Source of the DNA: a virus
Lineage: Duplodnaviria > Heunggongvirae > Uroviricota > Caudoviricetes
Length of the DNA: 34,941 bases
Virus record (IMG/VR): IMGVR_UViG_2681813316_000026
Direction: 5' to 3' (one strand)
The notes under the pieces were generated by a model. It ran no database searches. It saw only the letters and a program-made list of their open reading frames with translations, and had not been told where the DNA came from. Shown one piece after another: positions 1 to 10,002 of the stretch; the first letter of the stretch is position 1, and each line of letters starts with the position of its first letter. Made by a program: the position numbers and the translations under genes.

Positions 1-495
1 ATGCCATTTGCTCGTTATTTCTGCATTTTCATAAACGTTGGTTTGGGAGAAGGTGCTCCAGCTATTGGCGTTCCGTTCTTCTGGCCGTCCGCTGCAATGC
101 CAAATACTGTAATCGACAGCTGGTCCAGTATGGTGTTTTTGAAGTTCAACGGGGCGAAATTTTCTGCCTCTGATTACCCTGTGCTGGCGAAAGTGTTTCC
201 TTCACTGGTATTACCTGAAGCCCGCGGTGATTTCATTCGTATCTGGGATGATGGGCGAGGGGCGGACAGTGGGCGAGCATTATTAAGTTGGCAGGCAGCA
301 ACAGCTTTATCGCAATTTGGCGGTAATTATCCAGAAGGGTCCGGCCATTCGATTGATAATCACGATGGGATATCAGCACACCACCCAGGTTTCTCTCGAT
401 TTCAGTACACCAGTAACTCAGTAGGAGATGGGGTTAATTTTATTGCCGTCAGACCACGTAACATTGCATTTAACTTTCTGGTGAGGGCTAAATAA
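1..495 (+). CDS. Tail-fibre C-terminal variable segment, alternative copy (Sv'), currently in the silent orientation of the invertible cassette
   Basis: ORF on the strand opposite the fibre gene at 1490-2074. The crossover site at 26-51 lies inside its 5' end and encodes GLGEG, matching GFGEG at the junction in the expressed fibre. Bases 1-25 are the reverse complement of the pin-proximal flank at 31705-31729. Confidence 0.6.
   Translation: MPFARYFCIFINVGLGEGAPAIGVPFFWPSAAMPNTVIDSWSSMVFLKFNGAKFSASDYPVLAKVFPSLVLPEARGDFIRIWDDGRGADSGRALLSWQAATALSQFGGNYPEGSGHSIDNHDGISAHHPGFSRFQYTSNSVGDGVNFIAVRPRNIAFNFLVRAK
26..51. repeat. Invertase crossover site, right inverted repeat (gix/hix-like, 26 bp)
   Basis: Reverse complement reads TTCTCCCAAACCAACGTTTATGAAAA. 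Matches the site at 1772-1797 in inverted orientation and resembles recalled hix/gix sites with a central AA dinucleotide. Confidence 0.6.
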
Positions 496-1088
496 TGAAA
501 CCTGTTTTTGATGAAAATGGACTGGCTACAGTGCCGGGTGATATGCGTTGTTTTTATTATGATGCAGTAACGTATGAATATACGGGCTGGTCTGATGAAT
601 ATATTAATACTGGTGTAAGTATGCCCGCCTGTTCCACTGGTATTGACCCTGGCGAAAACATTCCGGGAAAAGCGGCTGTATTTACAGGTAAGGGATGGAG
701 CCATGAAGAGGACCATCGCAATGAGACTGTTTACTCAATCGAAAATGGCGCAGCTGTTACAGTGGGTTATATCGGTGCTATCAAAAACGGTTATGTCACG
801 CTTTCACCGTTAACGCCATATGATAAATGGGATGGTGAGAAATGGGTGACAGATACTGAGGCACAACACAGTGCCGCAGTAGAAGCGGCAGAAGCACAGC
901 GCCAGTCACTGATTGATGCAGCAATGGCTTCCATCAGTCTGATTCAGCTGAAATTACAGGCCGGACGGAAACTGACTCAGGCAGAAACAACCCGACTTAA
1001 CGCCGTGCTGGATTACATTGACGCGGTGACGGCAACAGATACCAGCACCGCGCCGGATGTCATCTGGCCTGAACTGCCGGAGGCGTAG
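495..1088 (+). CDS. Tail fibre assembly protein (Tfa/U' type), alternative copy
   Basis: Immediately follows the alternative fibre segment. Its 3' end overlaps the convergent tfa at 1060-1488, as in Mu G-segment U/U' pairs. C-terminal TSTAPD.IWP.LP motif is shared with the other Tfa. Confidence 0.7.
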   Translation: MKPVFDENGLATVPGDMRCFYYDAVTYEYTGWSDEYINTGVSMPACSTGIDPGENIPGKAAVFTGKGWSHEEDHRNETVYSIENGAAVTVGYIGAIKNGYVTLSPLTPYDKWDGEKWVTDTEAQHSAAVEAAEAQRQSLIDAAMASISLIQLKLQAGRKLTQAETTRLNAVLDYIDAVTATDTSTAPDVIWPELPEA

Positions 1089-1488
1089 GCCATTCAATAT
1101 CGGGTGCTGTTGAAGTATCAACACGCATCAGCAGCACACGGTATTTCTTCCATTCGGTGAGAGTTGAAGTTTCTTCATCAGTTGCGATATCAGCATCAAC
1201 AGCATCCTGACGCCAGGATATTTCACTGTCAGCTTTTTCCCGTAATTGGGATTTTTTAACTTCAGCAATAGCTATTAATTCCTTTTTGGTCGGCTGAGGA
1301 ATATCTATCAGTGCTGGTTTTCCATTCAGTGTTCCAATCTGTTTTCCTGGTGGAATATCCATAAATAACTTTTTATGTTCTTCCTCACTGACTATTACAC
1401 CATCATCAGGCCACAGACCTGATGCCTCAAATTTTTCTTTCTCCGATATGGGGAAAAAGCCATTTGCTTTAGCGCTCCATACGTACAT
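1060..1488 (-). CDS. Tail fibre assembly protein (Tfa/U type)
   Basis: ATG at 1488 directly after the fibre stop. C-terminal [10 protein letters not shown] motif. 5' 269 bp is duplicated at 31127-31395. Confidence 0.7.
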   Translation of the reverse strand: MYVWSAKANGFFPISEKEKFEASGLWPDDGVIVSEEEHKKLFMDIPPGKQIGTLNGKPALIDIPQPTKKELIAIAEVKKSQLREKADSEISWRQDAVDADIATDEETSTLTEWKKYRVLLMRVDTSTAPDIEWPTPPAVQAR

Positions 1489-1489
1489 A

Positions 1490-2074
1490 TCAATACCCCA
1501 CCGCTATAATGTCCACATTAAATCCCCCGGGACCTGCCTGCCAGATGCTGGCCCCTGTTAATGATTTTGTTTGATGAACAACCGCCACATTTGCTGGCGA
1601 TAGTGTTTCAGTTGTTACAGTACCGATATCATTCCAGTTAATTGAGATGGAATAGTTCGTTGTTGTAAACGACCGGGGGAAAGTTATGTGTCTTGCATTG
1701 GTGCCAACAGGAAATCCAAGATAAACACGCTGAATTATCATTCCTCCAGGTAACATAACCCAGTTAGCACCTTCTCCAAAACCAAGGTTTTCGAGAGCCG
1801 TTTGCACAGTGCCATCCGATTTGATATCGCCAAACGGATTCTTGCGGCTTAACAGCAGCGCGCGAAGTGCGGTAAGTAACTGGTCGTGCCGCCCCTTCTC
1901 CAGGCTGGCACCGGATGCCTCCACCACGCTGCAAAGTTCCTCCTGCAACATGTCAAAGTAGTCATCATCCAGATCGGTGGCAGGCGTGCCGGTCTGGGGG
2001 TTACCACGGGTAAAACCGTTCTTACCCGCGCCGAACTTATCCTTCTGCGCGGTTTTCGTGTCTATACGATGCAT
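1490..2074 (-). CDS. Tail fibre protein: constant N-terminal part joined across the crossover site to the expressed variable C-terminal part
   Basis: Last late gene after the baseplate genes. Crossover site 1772-1797 lies in frame inside the ORF. Sequence downstream of the site (1490-1785) is duplicated at 31397-31692. Confidence 0.7.
   Translation of the reverse strand: MHRIDTKTAQKDKFGAGKNGFTRGNPQTGTPATDLDDDYFDMLQEELCSVVEASGASLEKGRHDQLLTALRALLLSRKNPFGDIKSDGTVQTALENLGFGEGANWVMLPGGMIIQRVYLGFPVGTNARHITFPRSFTTTNYSISINWNDIGTVTTETLSPANVAVVHQTKSLTGASIWQAGPGGFNVDIIAVGY
1772..1797. repeat. Invertase crossover site, left inverted repeat (gix/hix-like)
   Basis: TTCTCCAAAACCAAGGTTTTCGAGAG, an imperfect palindrome around a central AA. 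Inverted relative to the site at 26-51. Confidence 0.6.
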
Positions 2075-2077
2075 GGA

Positions 2078-2662
2078 TTACTCCGGATATTTAAAAATTA
2101 CGTAGGTATGCGACGGGCAGAGTTTGTTAAGCACACACTCGACAACGGTGTCACCCCAGATACGCAGTGCGGAATCACAGGGATCGCCACATGTCATCCA
2201 GGTGGAGTTGGTGGTGGCTGGCATGTTGACCTGCCAGTAATACCGCCATTCCGGCGCATTCACCGCGTCAGTACAGGCCGATGAGCAGGTGAAAGTGCTT
2301 TTGTCGTATCGCGTGATGGTGGCATCTGGTCTGCCCAGGGCAGCAAGCTGTGCAAGATAAAAATCCTCGTTGATGCCGCCCGCCAGGTTAACCTTCGCAT
2401 CCAGCCGTTGCTGACGCTGGCGAAGGGTCTGCGTTCCCGCCGGAATACATTCATCCGGCAGACCGCACAGACGCTCCCAGCGGTTTATCAGTTCAGTGGT
2501 GGTGCGCGGATCCAGCTCCCGCATCAGGTCATCCGCACGCTGATGAACACGGGTTAATGACGGTGCCGCACCGGCAATCGCCGGATCGCTGGCTGACCAC
2601 GCCGGACCGGGCGGCAACAGTGCCGATAACAGGCGGATGTAATCATCGTTTGTCACGTCCAT
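2078..2662 (-). CDS. Mu gp48-like tail protein (DUF2313, YmfQ-like)
   Basis: 194-aa ORF between baseplate J and the tail fibre, the position and size of e14 YmfQ / Mu gp48. Overlaps the upstream gene. Confidence 0.65.
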   Translation of the reverse strand: MDVTNDDYIRLLSALLPPGPAWSASDPAIAGAAPSLTRVHQRADDLMRELDPRTTTELINRWERLCGLPDECIPAGTQTLRQRQQRLDAKVNLAGGINEDFYLAQLAALGRPDATITRYDKSTFTCSSACTDAVNAPEWRYYWQVNMPATTNSTWMTCGDPCDSALRIWGDTVVECVLNKLCPSHTYVIFKYPE

Positions 2663-3711
2663 GAAATCGTCCCCAGTACCGCCAGTTCGTTTTTCGCAAT
2701 GGAGATATTGTCCACCGGTGCAAGCAACTGATGGCTGTATTCCCCGTTCGCACCGGAAATCGCCTCACTGATACGCGATACCTTGAGTTCTCCCTGCGGA
2801 TAACCATCACGCAGCAGGAACGAACGCAACTCCGCGGTAATGGCAGCCCGTATTTCTGGTGTGTCCGGCGTCACGCGGATATGAAAATCCACCGTATGTG
2901 CCACCGGCCTGAATACATACAAATCAGAGCCTGCCACCGGGGCCAGTGGCCAGATATGTTGTCTTGCTGCCGTTTCCGTTGATTCTTCCGGAATGGGATT
3001 AATCAGGTCACTGCTGGCAATCATCACACCGACAGTTCCCGTTCCCATCCAGTGACGGTATGTCCATGCGCGGGTAATGCCGGGCACTTCTTTAGCCCAG
3101 ACGACATAGTCCCCGTCAGCCCCGCCCTGAGGCGTCCAGTAATACCGCTCAATGACGCGGGCGCGCCACGTTTCCAGCTCTTCAGTATCAAATCCACCTG
3201 TCAGGGTATCTGCCACGCCGGAAGACGGCAGACCATTAACCGGCGTGACCAGGATTAATGACGTACCGTCGTCAGCGTTACCGACCGCGCCTGCACTTGA
3301 GCAGGCGATCGGCACGCGCAGGACACCACCGGAGCTGGTTGCATCGGCAGTTGCCGTGTACTGAACCAGGTCATCGCGCTGAATAACACTCCCGGCGGTC
3401 ACCTTCAGGCCATCGCTGACACCTTCCCAGCGCATATACCCGCTGGCAGCCGTGGCCCCCTTGCGCGGACACCGTTTCATCGCAGCATGTCGCGCCAGCC
3501 AGGACTCATCGCACAGGTCAGGCAGAATGTTCATTGCCAGATAATCGATGTACCCGTAAACCGTATGCAGCGCCGCCGCATACACCTTTGCCCGCACGTC
3601 TTCATCCATGCGCCGGAGCGTGTCGCTGACGTCCAGCCTGGCGAATAAATCGTTACGGAGCATACTGATATTTTCTGCCAGCGTCGGGCGCTGAAATTCA
3701 CTGTCCGCCAT
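2653..3711 (-). CDS. Baseplate J-like protein (Mu gp47 family)
   Basis: 352-aa ORF in the conserved Mu-like order (gp45-gp46-gp47-gp48). Translationally coupled to its neighbours. Confidence 0.75.
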   Translation of the reverse strand: MADSEFQRPTLAENISMLRNDLFARLDVSDTLRRMDEDVRAKVYAAALHTVYGYIDYLAMNILPDLCDESWLARHAAMKRCPRKGATAASGYMRWEGVSDGLKVTAGSVIQRDDLVQYTATADATSSGGVLRVPIACSSAGAVGNADDGTSLILVTPVNGLPSSGVADTLTGGFDTEELETWRARVIERYYWTPQGGADGDYVVWAKEVPGITRAWTYRHWMGTGTVGVMIASSDLINPIPEESTETAARQHIWPLAPVAGSDLYVFRPVAHTVDFHIRVTPDTPEIRAAITAELRSFLLRDGYPQGELKVSRISEAISGANGEYSHQLLAPVDNISIAKNELAVLGTISWT

Positions 3712-4126
3712 GCGTTATCGCACTCCACAGATCATCAAAAGAAATCATTACCGGTCCGTCACGACGCCAGAGAGTGATACTATTACCCAGTTCATTAATC
3801 CCGGTGCGGCGGATATCCAGATCAATACGGGACACCACGCCGTCATCAATCATCCATTGCAGGCATTCGCGGATATACCCCCTTACCGTCTGCACCAGCT
3901 GATTGGTCAGTTTGCTGCGCTGAAGCAGCCACAGTCGGGAGCCGTAACGGTCATTCTGTACCGCAGGCCAGGTATCCCCCCACCATCCCATCGGGACGTC
4001 GGCGTTGTCATCAGGCTCCGCCCGCCGCCAGGTAAACAGGGAAATCACCACGGCGCGGGTCAGCGGATCCAGCGGTGCGCTGGCGCAGGTGCGTTTACCG
4101 TTCACCGTCAGCCACAGTTCCATCAT
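3698..4126 (-). CDS. Baseplate protein (Mu gp46-like)
   Basis: 142-aa ORF between the spike and baseplate J genes, with overlapping start/stop codons. Confidence 0.6.
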   Translation of the reverse strand: MMELWLTVNGKRTCASAPLDPLTRAVVISLFTWRRAEPDDNADVPMGWWGDTWPAVQNDRYGSRLWLLQRSKLTNQLVQTVRGYIRECLQWMIDDGVVSRIDLDIRRTGINELGNSITLWRRDGPVMISFDDLWSAITHGGQ

Positions 4127-4671
4127 GCCTCCATCGCTTTATCAGGTTTGTCGGTGTTACTGCCCTGACCGTTCTCTCTGTGACGATGCCCGTTATAGGC
4201 AAGCCGCATCGCTGACATGGTGGTGCCGCTGGAGTCGCACAGGTCTTTCACCTGTCCTGTCACTTCTAGGTCCATTTCAAAACGTGCTTTAGGTGAATTG
4301 CGAAACGTGATCGTTTTACCTGCACCGTCCACCACGATCCCCTCCCGGGTCAGCGTCACGGACTGCCCCTGATCGTCATAGACCGCCACCTCACCCGTCT
4401 GCAGCCCTTTCAGGCGGTAGCGCCGGTCCGACACCGTAACAACCACCGCATGAGAACGGTCGCCATCCGGAAACAACACCACCGCTTCCGCACCGCTGTT
4501 TGCCCTTGCGGTAAAACCGTAGGGTTCAAGATGTTCAACCCCGGCTTTGGGTTCACCGGCAATCAGGGACACATCCACGGTCTGACATTTCGTGGCGGCA
4601 CTGATGCTTTTCACCACTGCCCGCCCAATCAGGCCGAGAAGTTGTCGCTGCATGGCTTCAATCGTCCTCAT
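4123..4671 (-). CDS. Baseplate assembly protein V / spike (Mu gp45-like)
   Basis: 182-aa ORF at the conserved position after the P-like gene, with a glycine-rich C-terminus. Confidence 0.65.
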   Translation of the reverse strand: MRTIEAMQRQLLGLIGRAVVKSISAATKCQTVDVSLIAGEPKAGVEHLEPYGFTARANSGAEAVVLFPDGDRSHAVVVTVSDRRYRLKGLQTGEVAVYDDQGQSVTLTREGIVVDGAGKTITFRNSPKARFEMDLEVTGQVKDLCDSSGTTMSAMRLAYNGHRHRENGQGSNTDKPDKAMEA

Positions 4672-5750
4672 CAGAACGGGTCCTCCTGTACTCTGGCTTT
4701 TTTCTTTTTCCGCGCGCCGGGGGCTTCGGGTTCAGGCAGATAAGCATCAGGCGGGCCGACACGGATTTCCGTCAGGGTGCCGTTCTGGTCCTGAGTAAAC
4801 GTGACTTCCGAAACAAGCAGTTCGGTATTGTCGAAACCACAGACCGGATCAAAGACAATCACCCGCTGGTTGGGCTGCCACAGCGTACCGTTACCCTGTC
4901 GCCAGCCCTGCACCACATAGGTGGTTTCATCCGTTCGCGCCGCCCGTTGCCGGGCTTCAAAGTCAGCACGCGCAATACAGCCAGCCCCCGTGGCCTGCCC
5001 TGTCTGCCTGATATACATCGGACGGTAACGGGCAATAAATGCGTCCTCTGTGCGGGCCCGCAGCGCGGTGGTGGTGGCCTCACCGAAATCATCGTCGTTT
5101 CCGGCACGCTGCCCCGCCACCTGGTAAACAGAAAACCGCTCCCGGATACTCTTCTCCGTATCGCAGGAAAGGATGTTTTCCCCGAGTACCAGCGCAGTAT
5201 GTGCCCGCGTTGAGCCAATACCACCAATCACCAGCCTGCCGTGCGGGTCGTCGTAAGCCAGTGCCTGCTGCTGACCGAGTATTTTGTTGATTACCTCAAT
5301 CACCGTTTCACCGTGATCGGGCTGGACGTCAGGAATAACACCCGACGGCGCACCGTTGTTCACCACCTCAATGCCGAAAGGCGCAGCAAGCGCCTGCGCA
5401 ATCTGTACCAGCGATCGTCCGTTAAACTGTGTCGGTTCGGCTGCACAGTCAATCAGGTCAGCAGTCAGACTACGTCCGGCAATACCGGTGCTGACCGAAC
5501 GGGCATCGTAACGAACGGGGGTCGCCTCCACCCAGCCGGTGATCACCAGCTCATCACCAATCAGCACTTCCACTTTTGAACCATTTTTAATGCGCGGCTG
5601 AAGCGTGGTGATACCCTCATCTCCCGGCCACTGGCGGGTGATCTCCACGCTGAAATCCCGCGCCAGCCGTTCAATACCGGCACCGATGCGCACCGATGTC
5701 CAGCCATTCCACTCCCGGCCATTTACCCGTAGCGTGACATTGTCGTTCAT
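4671..5750 (-). CDS. Mu P-like tail/baseplate hub protein (gp44 family)
   Basis: 359-aa ORF following the DNA-circularisation gene with a 4-bp overlap, as in the Mu N-P pair. Confidence 0.7.
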   Translation of the reverse strand: MNDNVTLRVNGREWNGWTSVRIGAGIERLARDFSVEITRQWPGDEGITTLQPRIKNGSKVEVLIGDELVITGWVEATPVRYDARSVSTGIAGRSLTADLIDCAAEPTQFNGRSLVQIAQALAAPFGIEVVNNGAPSGVIPDVQPDHGETVIEVINKILGQQQALAYDDPHGRLVIGGIGSTRAHTALVLGENILSCDTEKSIRERFSVYQVAGQRAGNDDDFGEATTTALRARTEDAFIARYRPMYIRQTGQATGAGCIARADFEARQRAARTDETTYVVQGWRQGNGTLWQPNQRVIVFDPVCGFDNTELLVSEVTFTQDQNGTLTEIRVGPPDAYLPEPEAPGARKKKKARVQEDPF

Positions 5751-7075
5751 TGCACTGGCACCTTCAGAGGGATCACCGGCACAAAGCCGGGATGCGTAAT
5801 GGCATTACGCCGGATAATGTCCGCGTCACGCGCCGCGTTATCAAACCAGGTCGCCGCCAGCACCAGCGCGGGTAAAACCTCATCCGGCGTGCGCTGAATG
5901 ATCCGAGCAGACTGTTCAAGGCGCGTGTTGATATCCGCATTCAGATCTGCTTTCACCCGGCGCAGCGCCAGAAACAGCGCATCACTGGTTGTACGGGACA
6001 ACTCCTTATCAATTGCCATATTCAGTGTGTCGCGAATGTCGGTCAGTTCTTCCCACGTTGGCAGGTCAACCGTGTTTTTCACCGCCGGTGCATTGTTCAG
6101 CACCGGATGCGTGACGGCAGGCCAGCCGGAGCTCTGCGCGGGTGTTGTTGACTGCCCCACTGCGGCATTCTGCATCACCGCAGAAGTTGTTGGCGCAGGC
6201 AATCGGGTAACGGCATACGCCGCTTCGCTGATTGCGGTCGTACGAAGGGTGCTGGCAACCACGTTACGCTGCTGCGTCGCCGTGGCGGTGGTTTTACTGT
6301 CCGTTTTCCAGACGCCGCGCGGTTGCAGATCGCTGCCGAGGCTGACACCGGAAAGCGTTTTGATCATGGTGACCAGGTCGCTGGCGTTACCATAAAGGCG
6401 TTTCCCGGTACGCCACATTTTCTGCACCTGCTCAACGAAATTTTTGCCTGACGATGGCGGCGGCAGAAGTACCGAGATATCCCCCTGCAACAGCCTGGCG
6501 GCATCCGATACGGCAGAATCCACCACTTTCATCGCATCAGAAACATACCCAAGCATTGTGCTGGCATTACCGACGACATCGTTCTGCACAAAATCTGCCA
6601 CGCCATCGATACTGAAACTACTGAAACTGTCACTGATGCAGTCATCCAGTGCAGAACAGGATGACATCAGCGTCTGCGCCGTCGCCGCACCTGATGTGGG
6701 GTAAGAGAGTTCTCCTGCTTCGACAAACTTCAGGTCAAAGCGGACAATACGCCCTTCACTTTTCGATGTGCTGACCCGAACTTCCCCGTCAACACAGACT
6801 TTCAGCTCACCATATGTCGGGTGGACAAGCGTGCCGGGACCGGGTTTATTCAGCGCTTCAATCAGGCGATCGCGCTGGTCAAAGCAGTCATCTCCCACCA
6901 CATAAGCTGTGATGGACGGGCGGAAAGTGACTTTTCCCAGATCTTCGGTATAGGGCTTGTCGCGGTTCGGGTATTCATGTGTTTCCACACGGCGACCAGT
7001 TCCCGCACTTTCTTCTTCAACCTTAAACGGCACACCTCGAAATGACGCATCCTGAAGCCTGTCTTTCCACGTCAT
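5747..7075 (-). CDS. DNA circularisation protein (Mu N / gp43-like)
   Basis: N-terminal region resembles the Mu N family. Probable true start is the ATG at 7075 (the track ORF begins at a GTG at 7081). A GGAG ribosome-binding site sits 7 nt upstream. Confidence 0.7.
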   Translation of the reverse strand: MTWKDRLQDASFRGVPFKVEEESAGTGRRVETHEYPNRDKPYTEDLGKVTFRPSITAYVVGDDCFDQRDRLIEALNKPGPGTLVHPTYGELKVCVDGEVRVSTSKSEGRIVRFDLKFVEAGELSYPTSGAATAQTLMSSCSALDDCISDSFSSFSIDGVADFVQNDVVGNASTMLGYVSDAMKVVDSAVSDAARLLQGDISVLLPPPSSGKNFVEQVQKMWRTGKRLYGNASDLVTMIKTLSGVSLGSDLQPRGVWKTDSKTTATATQQRNVVASTLRTTAISEAAYAVTRLPAPTTSAVMQNAAVGQSTTPAQSSGWPAVTHPVLNNAPAVKNTVDLPTWEELTDIRDTLNMAIDKELSRTTSDALFLALRRVKADLNADINTRLEQSARIIQRTPDEVLPALVLAATWFDNAARDADIIRRNAITHPGFVPVIPLKVPVQ

Positions 7076-7085
7076 ATACACTCCG

Positions 7086-7116
7086 AAAATAAAAAAGCCA
7101 CCTATTAGAAGGTGGC
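7086..7116 (-). terminator. Rho-independent terminator closing the moron transcription unit
   Basis: Minus-strand hairpin GCCACC-N8-GGTGGC followed by TTTTTTATTTT, 20 nt downstream of the 7137-7667 stop and abutting the RBS of the next tail gene. Confidence 0.6.
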
Positions 7117-7136
7117 CTTGTAATGAATTTTATTAA

Positions 7137-7667
7137 TTAGCGAGTCAGAAACAACGAATCTTTATACTTTTGCTGTTGTTCATTTAAATACTTAGCTGTT
7201 TCATCGCTGGCAAATGGAAATATTACCGTATTTTTAGGCATGGTAATTTCTTTTTTGTCCAGCGTCAGAGTAAACATAGGAACATACTGAGCAGAGTAAC
7301 GCACCGCAGAAACGAGCTCTAGTTTAGACTCTTCAATAACACTTAAATTATCCAGGCTAACTTTCTCTTCATCTTTTTTCTTTGACGCATTTAAAGTTTT
7401 TATTACTTTATTTAATTTCTCCTGAAAATCCTCCTTAAAGTTTTCAGGATTGCCGTCGACAACAAGAATCTGTTCACCCTGATTATCTGGAAAAATAATC
7501 TTTGCACTTATCAATTTATTTTCTTTATAAACATCACCAAGTTTTATGGCTCCTCCAGATAACTGAATAATATGTTCATCTTTAAAGGAGATGTTGCCAG
7601 AGATTATGAGAGATGAAAAAATAGCCGCTGCTCCAAGAATTACACTTGCTGTGATATAGCCTTTCAT
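7137..7667 (-). CDS. Moron: AT-rich gene for a signal-peptide or membrane-anchored protein of unknown function
   Basis: 176-aa ORF with a hydrophobic N-terminus (MKGYITASVILGAAAIFSSLIISG) and a lysine/glutamate-rich body. GC content is visibly lower than the flanking tail genes. Has its own AT-rich upstream region and its own terminator. Confidence 0.6.
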   Translation of the reverse strand: MKGYITASVILGAAAIFSSLIISGNISFKDEHIIQLSGGAIKLGDVYKENKLISAKIIFPDNQGEQILVVDGNPENFKEDFQEKLNKVIKTLNASKKKDEEKVSLDNLSVIEESKLELVSAVRYSAQYVPMFTLTLDKKEITMPKNTVIFPFASDETAKYLNEQQQKYKDSLFLTR

Positions 7668-7758
7668 TTTTCGCCTATTAACATTTTTCTAAATGTGCAT
7701 TAATTCTATCACTCTATTTATGACTTACAACCAGCAATACATGTGAGGGGAATCCTGG

Positions 7759-9591
7759 CTACCAAAATCGGGTATAGCCAACATCGTGATTTATATCAAT
7801 GCCACTGGAGCGTGTTTCCGTAACCCGCATACCTGGTGGCATATTTATAAATGATACCTTGATCTCACCATCAACTTTTGGCGCGGTAGCTTTATTAATC
7901 ATGAAGGGATTCGAGCCTGTGGCATCGGAGGCGTTGTTTGCCTGAGCCGGATCCACCGCCGGATAAGGAGTGTATCCCCGTGCCGGTATTCCCGTCCCAT
8001 AAGCATCATAAGCACCCGCGCCCCACTGCGCAGAGTTAATGGCATCGACCGTGTCACCGGAACTGTCGGTAAACCACTCAATAATCGGCTTCAGCTTGTC
8101 CCACATATCCTGAAACCACTTAACAACCGGCCCCCAGTTATTGATCACCATCCCCATCGGCGACCAGGCAAAAACTTTCTTAAGGAGTTCCCAGCCAGCC
8201 TCAAAATAAGGACCAATGGTTTCCCAGAGCTTCTTGAAATAAGGTCCGACAACATCCCAGTTAGTGATAATTAATCCCGCAGCCAGGGCTATCGCCGTCG
8301 CAATCATGCCAATCGGCGTCATCGACATGATCCTGCTGACAATGCTGATGGCACTGCCCACGCCCATCAATCCCAGTTTCAGAATCGCAAGACCGGCAGC
8401 AAGCCCGACGACGCCGCGAATAACCCGGGGATTTTCATCCGCAAACTTCGTGAATTTTTCCCCCAACTCCCCCAGCCATTGCGTGATATTTTTGGCGTCA
8501 CCAGAAAATGCGCCGCCAATAGCCGCAAGGCCGTTAGTTGCGGTCCCCGTCATTGCCTCCCACAGGTTGGACAGCGTACCAAGCTGTGCCTGAACACGTT
8601 TATTCAGGCTGGCCTGTTTATTCATCTTTTGCTGGATCTGATCGTAACCATCCTTTCCTTTATCGATCAGCGCATTGACCACCTGAAGGGTTTCGGCATC
8701 ATCACCAAATATTGCCTTAAGTACACCTGTTCGCTTAACGTCGGTAAGTTTTCGCAGCTTTGCCAGTTGCTTAAACATGTTATCAAGACCGCCAAAACTT
8801 CCTTTGCCGTCAGTAAAATCGAGCTGTACCCCGAGTTTCTGACGGGCCATAACTTTATTGACGTCCCTGATTTTCTTAACGCTTAATCCGGACTGGATAA
8901 CTTTTCGCAGGGCATTACCTGCCGACTCCCCGTTCATCCCCATCTGATCCATCATGACGCTGATGGGGGCAAGGCTCTGTGCAGCCTGAAGACCGTCCTT
9001 GTTCACCATCTTCAGAACAGAACTGGTTTTAGTGAAGAAGGACAACATGTTGGTATCGTCAACGCCCAGATAAAACGCCTTCTGGATAGTGTCGAACAGC
9101 CCCATCATGTCTTCTGACGCCGTTCCGGTAGCATCCTGCATCTTTGCAGCAAACTCAGCAGCCGCTTCCGGTGTTTTTTTCAGTTGTACCGCAAGATAAG
9201 CTGTCGCTTTACCCACACCGCCAAGAATATTTTCTGCCGGGATCCCCTGACGCACCAGCATCTGCATCATGTTCTGGAAATCAGCCGTTGTACCGGGTAG
9301 CTGGTTACCCAGGCCAATAGCCAGTTTATTGATGTCCTGAAAGCTCTTTCCGACCTCGCCGTTCGCATCCATCATGGCGACTTTCAGCCCGGTGGCGGCG
9401 TTTTCCTGATCGGCATAAGATTTCAGGGAAAGCGTCAGACCCGCTGCCAGTCCGCCACCAAGCGCCAGCCCACCCTGTGATGCTTCTTCCGCCTGGCGTT
9501 TAAATCCCCGGATTTTCTTTTGCATTTTCGACAGCGCGGGAGAAAGTCTGTCGACACCGGTGATCAACGCCTTAAGCTCAAATTCAGCCAT
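7759..9591 (-). CDS. Tail tape measure protein
   Basis: 610-aa ORF immediately after the frameshifted chaperone pair, with Gly/Ala-rich hydrophobic stretches typical of tape measure proteins. Confidence 0.85.
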   Translation of the reverse strand: MAEFELKALITGVDRLSPALSKMQKKIRGFKRQAEEASQGGLALGGGLAAGLTLSLKSYADQENAATGLKVAMMDANGEVGKSFQDINKLAIGLGNQLPGTTADFQNMMQMLVRQGIPAENILGGVGKATAYLAVQLKKTPEAAAEFAAKMQDATGTASEDMMGLFDTIQKAFYLGVDDTNMLSFFTKTSSVLKMVNKDGLQAAQSLAPISVMMDQMGMNGESAGNALRKVIQSGLSVKKIRDVNKVMARQKLGVQLDFTDGKGSFGGLDNMFKQLAKLRKLTDVKRTGVLKAIFGDDAETLQVVNALIDKGKDGYDQIQQKMNKQASLNKRVQAQLGTLSNLWEAMTGTATNGLAAIGGAFSGDAKNITQWLGELGEKFTKFADENPRVIRGVVGLAAGLAILKLGLMGVGSAISIVSRIMSMTPIGMIATAIALAAGLIITNWDVVGPYFKKLWETIGPYFEAGWELLKKVFAWSPMGMVINNWGPVVKWFQDMWDKLKPIIEWFTDSSGDTVDAINSAQWGAGAYDAYGTGIPARGYTPYPAVDPAQANNASDATGSNPFMINKATAPKVDGEIKVSFINMPPGMRVTETRSSGIDINHDVGYTRFW

Positions 9592-9766
9592 GTGTGCGTT
9601 TCTCCTGCTCTATCCTGTTTGCCTGACTGACCAGCAAGGGAATTTCACTGATCGGCATATTCAGCAATTCGAAGGGATTAATGCGCCAGTAACTGGCGCA
9701 GTCAAAGAAGCGATCAGTGAGGTATTCAGCCGTCAGGCCTGGAGGAAAAAACCGGCCACAAGCCAC
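9584..9766 (-). CDS. Tail assembly chaperone, -1 frameshift extension
   Basis: Sits in the -1 frame relative to 9733-10002 and overlaps its 3' end. A slippery heptamer T_TTT_TTC lies in the overlap (plus-strand 9743-9752). Confidence 0.5.
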   Translation of the reverse strand: MACGRFFPPGLTAEYLTDRFFDCASYWRINPFELLNMPISEIPLLVSQANRIEQEKRTHG

Positions 9767-10002
9767 GCCGCTGCATTCAGGTCTGCCGGAGACATCTGGT
9801 CGACAGAGCTTTGCGGCACTTTCGCCAGCCGCACAATGTATTTCGACACCACATGCGCCAGAAGTCTGACGGACTCATCCTGATTCATCTGGTAGGGATA
9901 CCCCAGCTCGCGGACATCCTTCCCGGTGGGTTCATCAAACTCCAGTACGGAAAGTGTCTCACCATGAGCGATAATCGGTTTCTTTAACTCAAGCTCTTTC
10001 AT
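9733..10002 (-). CDS. Tail assembly chaperone (upstream frame)
   Basis: 89-aa ORF between the tail tube and tape measure genes, the standard chaperone position. Confidence 0.6.
   Translation of the reverse strand: MKELELKKPIIAHGETLSVLEFDEPTGKDVRELGYPYQMNQDESVRLLAHVVSKYIVRLAKVPQSSVDQMSPADLNAAAWLVAGFFLQA

Noticed and set aside
1886-2284. Plus-strand ORF (132 aa) overlapping the tail fibre and gp48-like genes
   Set aside because: Lies antisense to well-supported minus-strand structural genes and has an Arg/Gly-rich composition typical of shadow ORFs. The same applies to other plus-strand ORFs inside the late operon (for example 2731-2982, 5898-6395, 8264-8886, 10631-11386, 12721-13875, 15002-15346).
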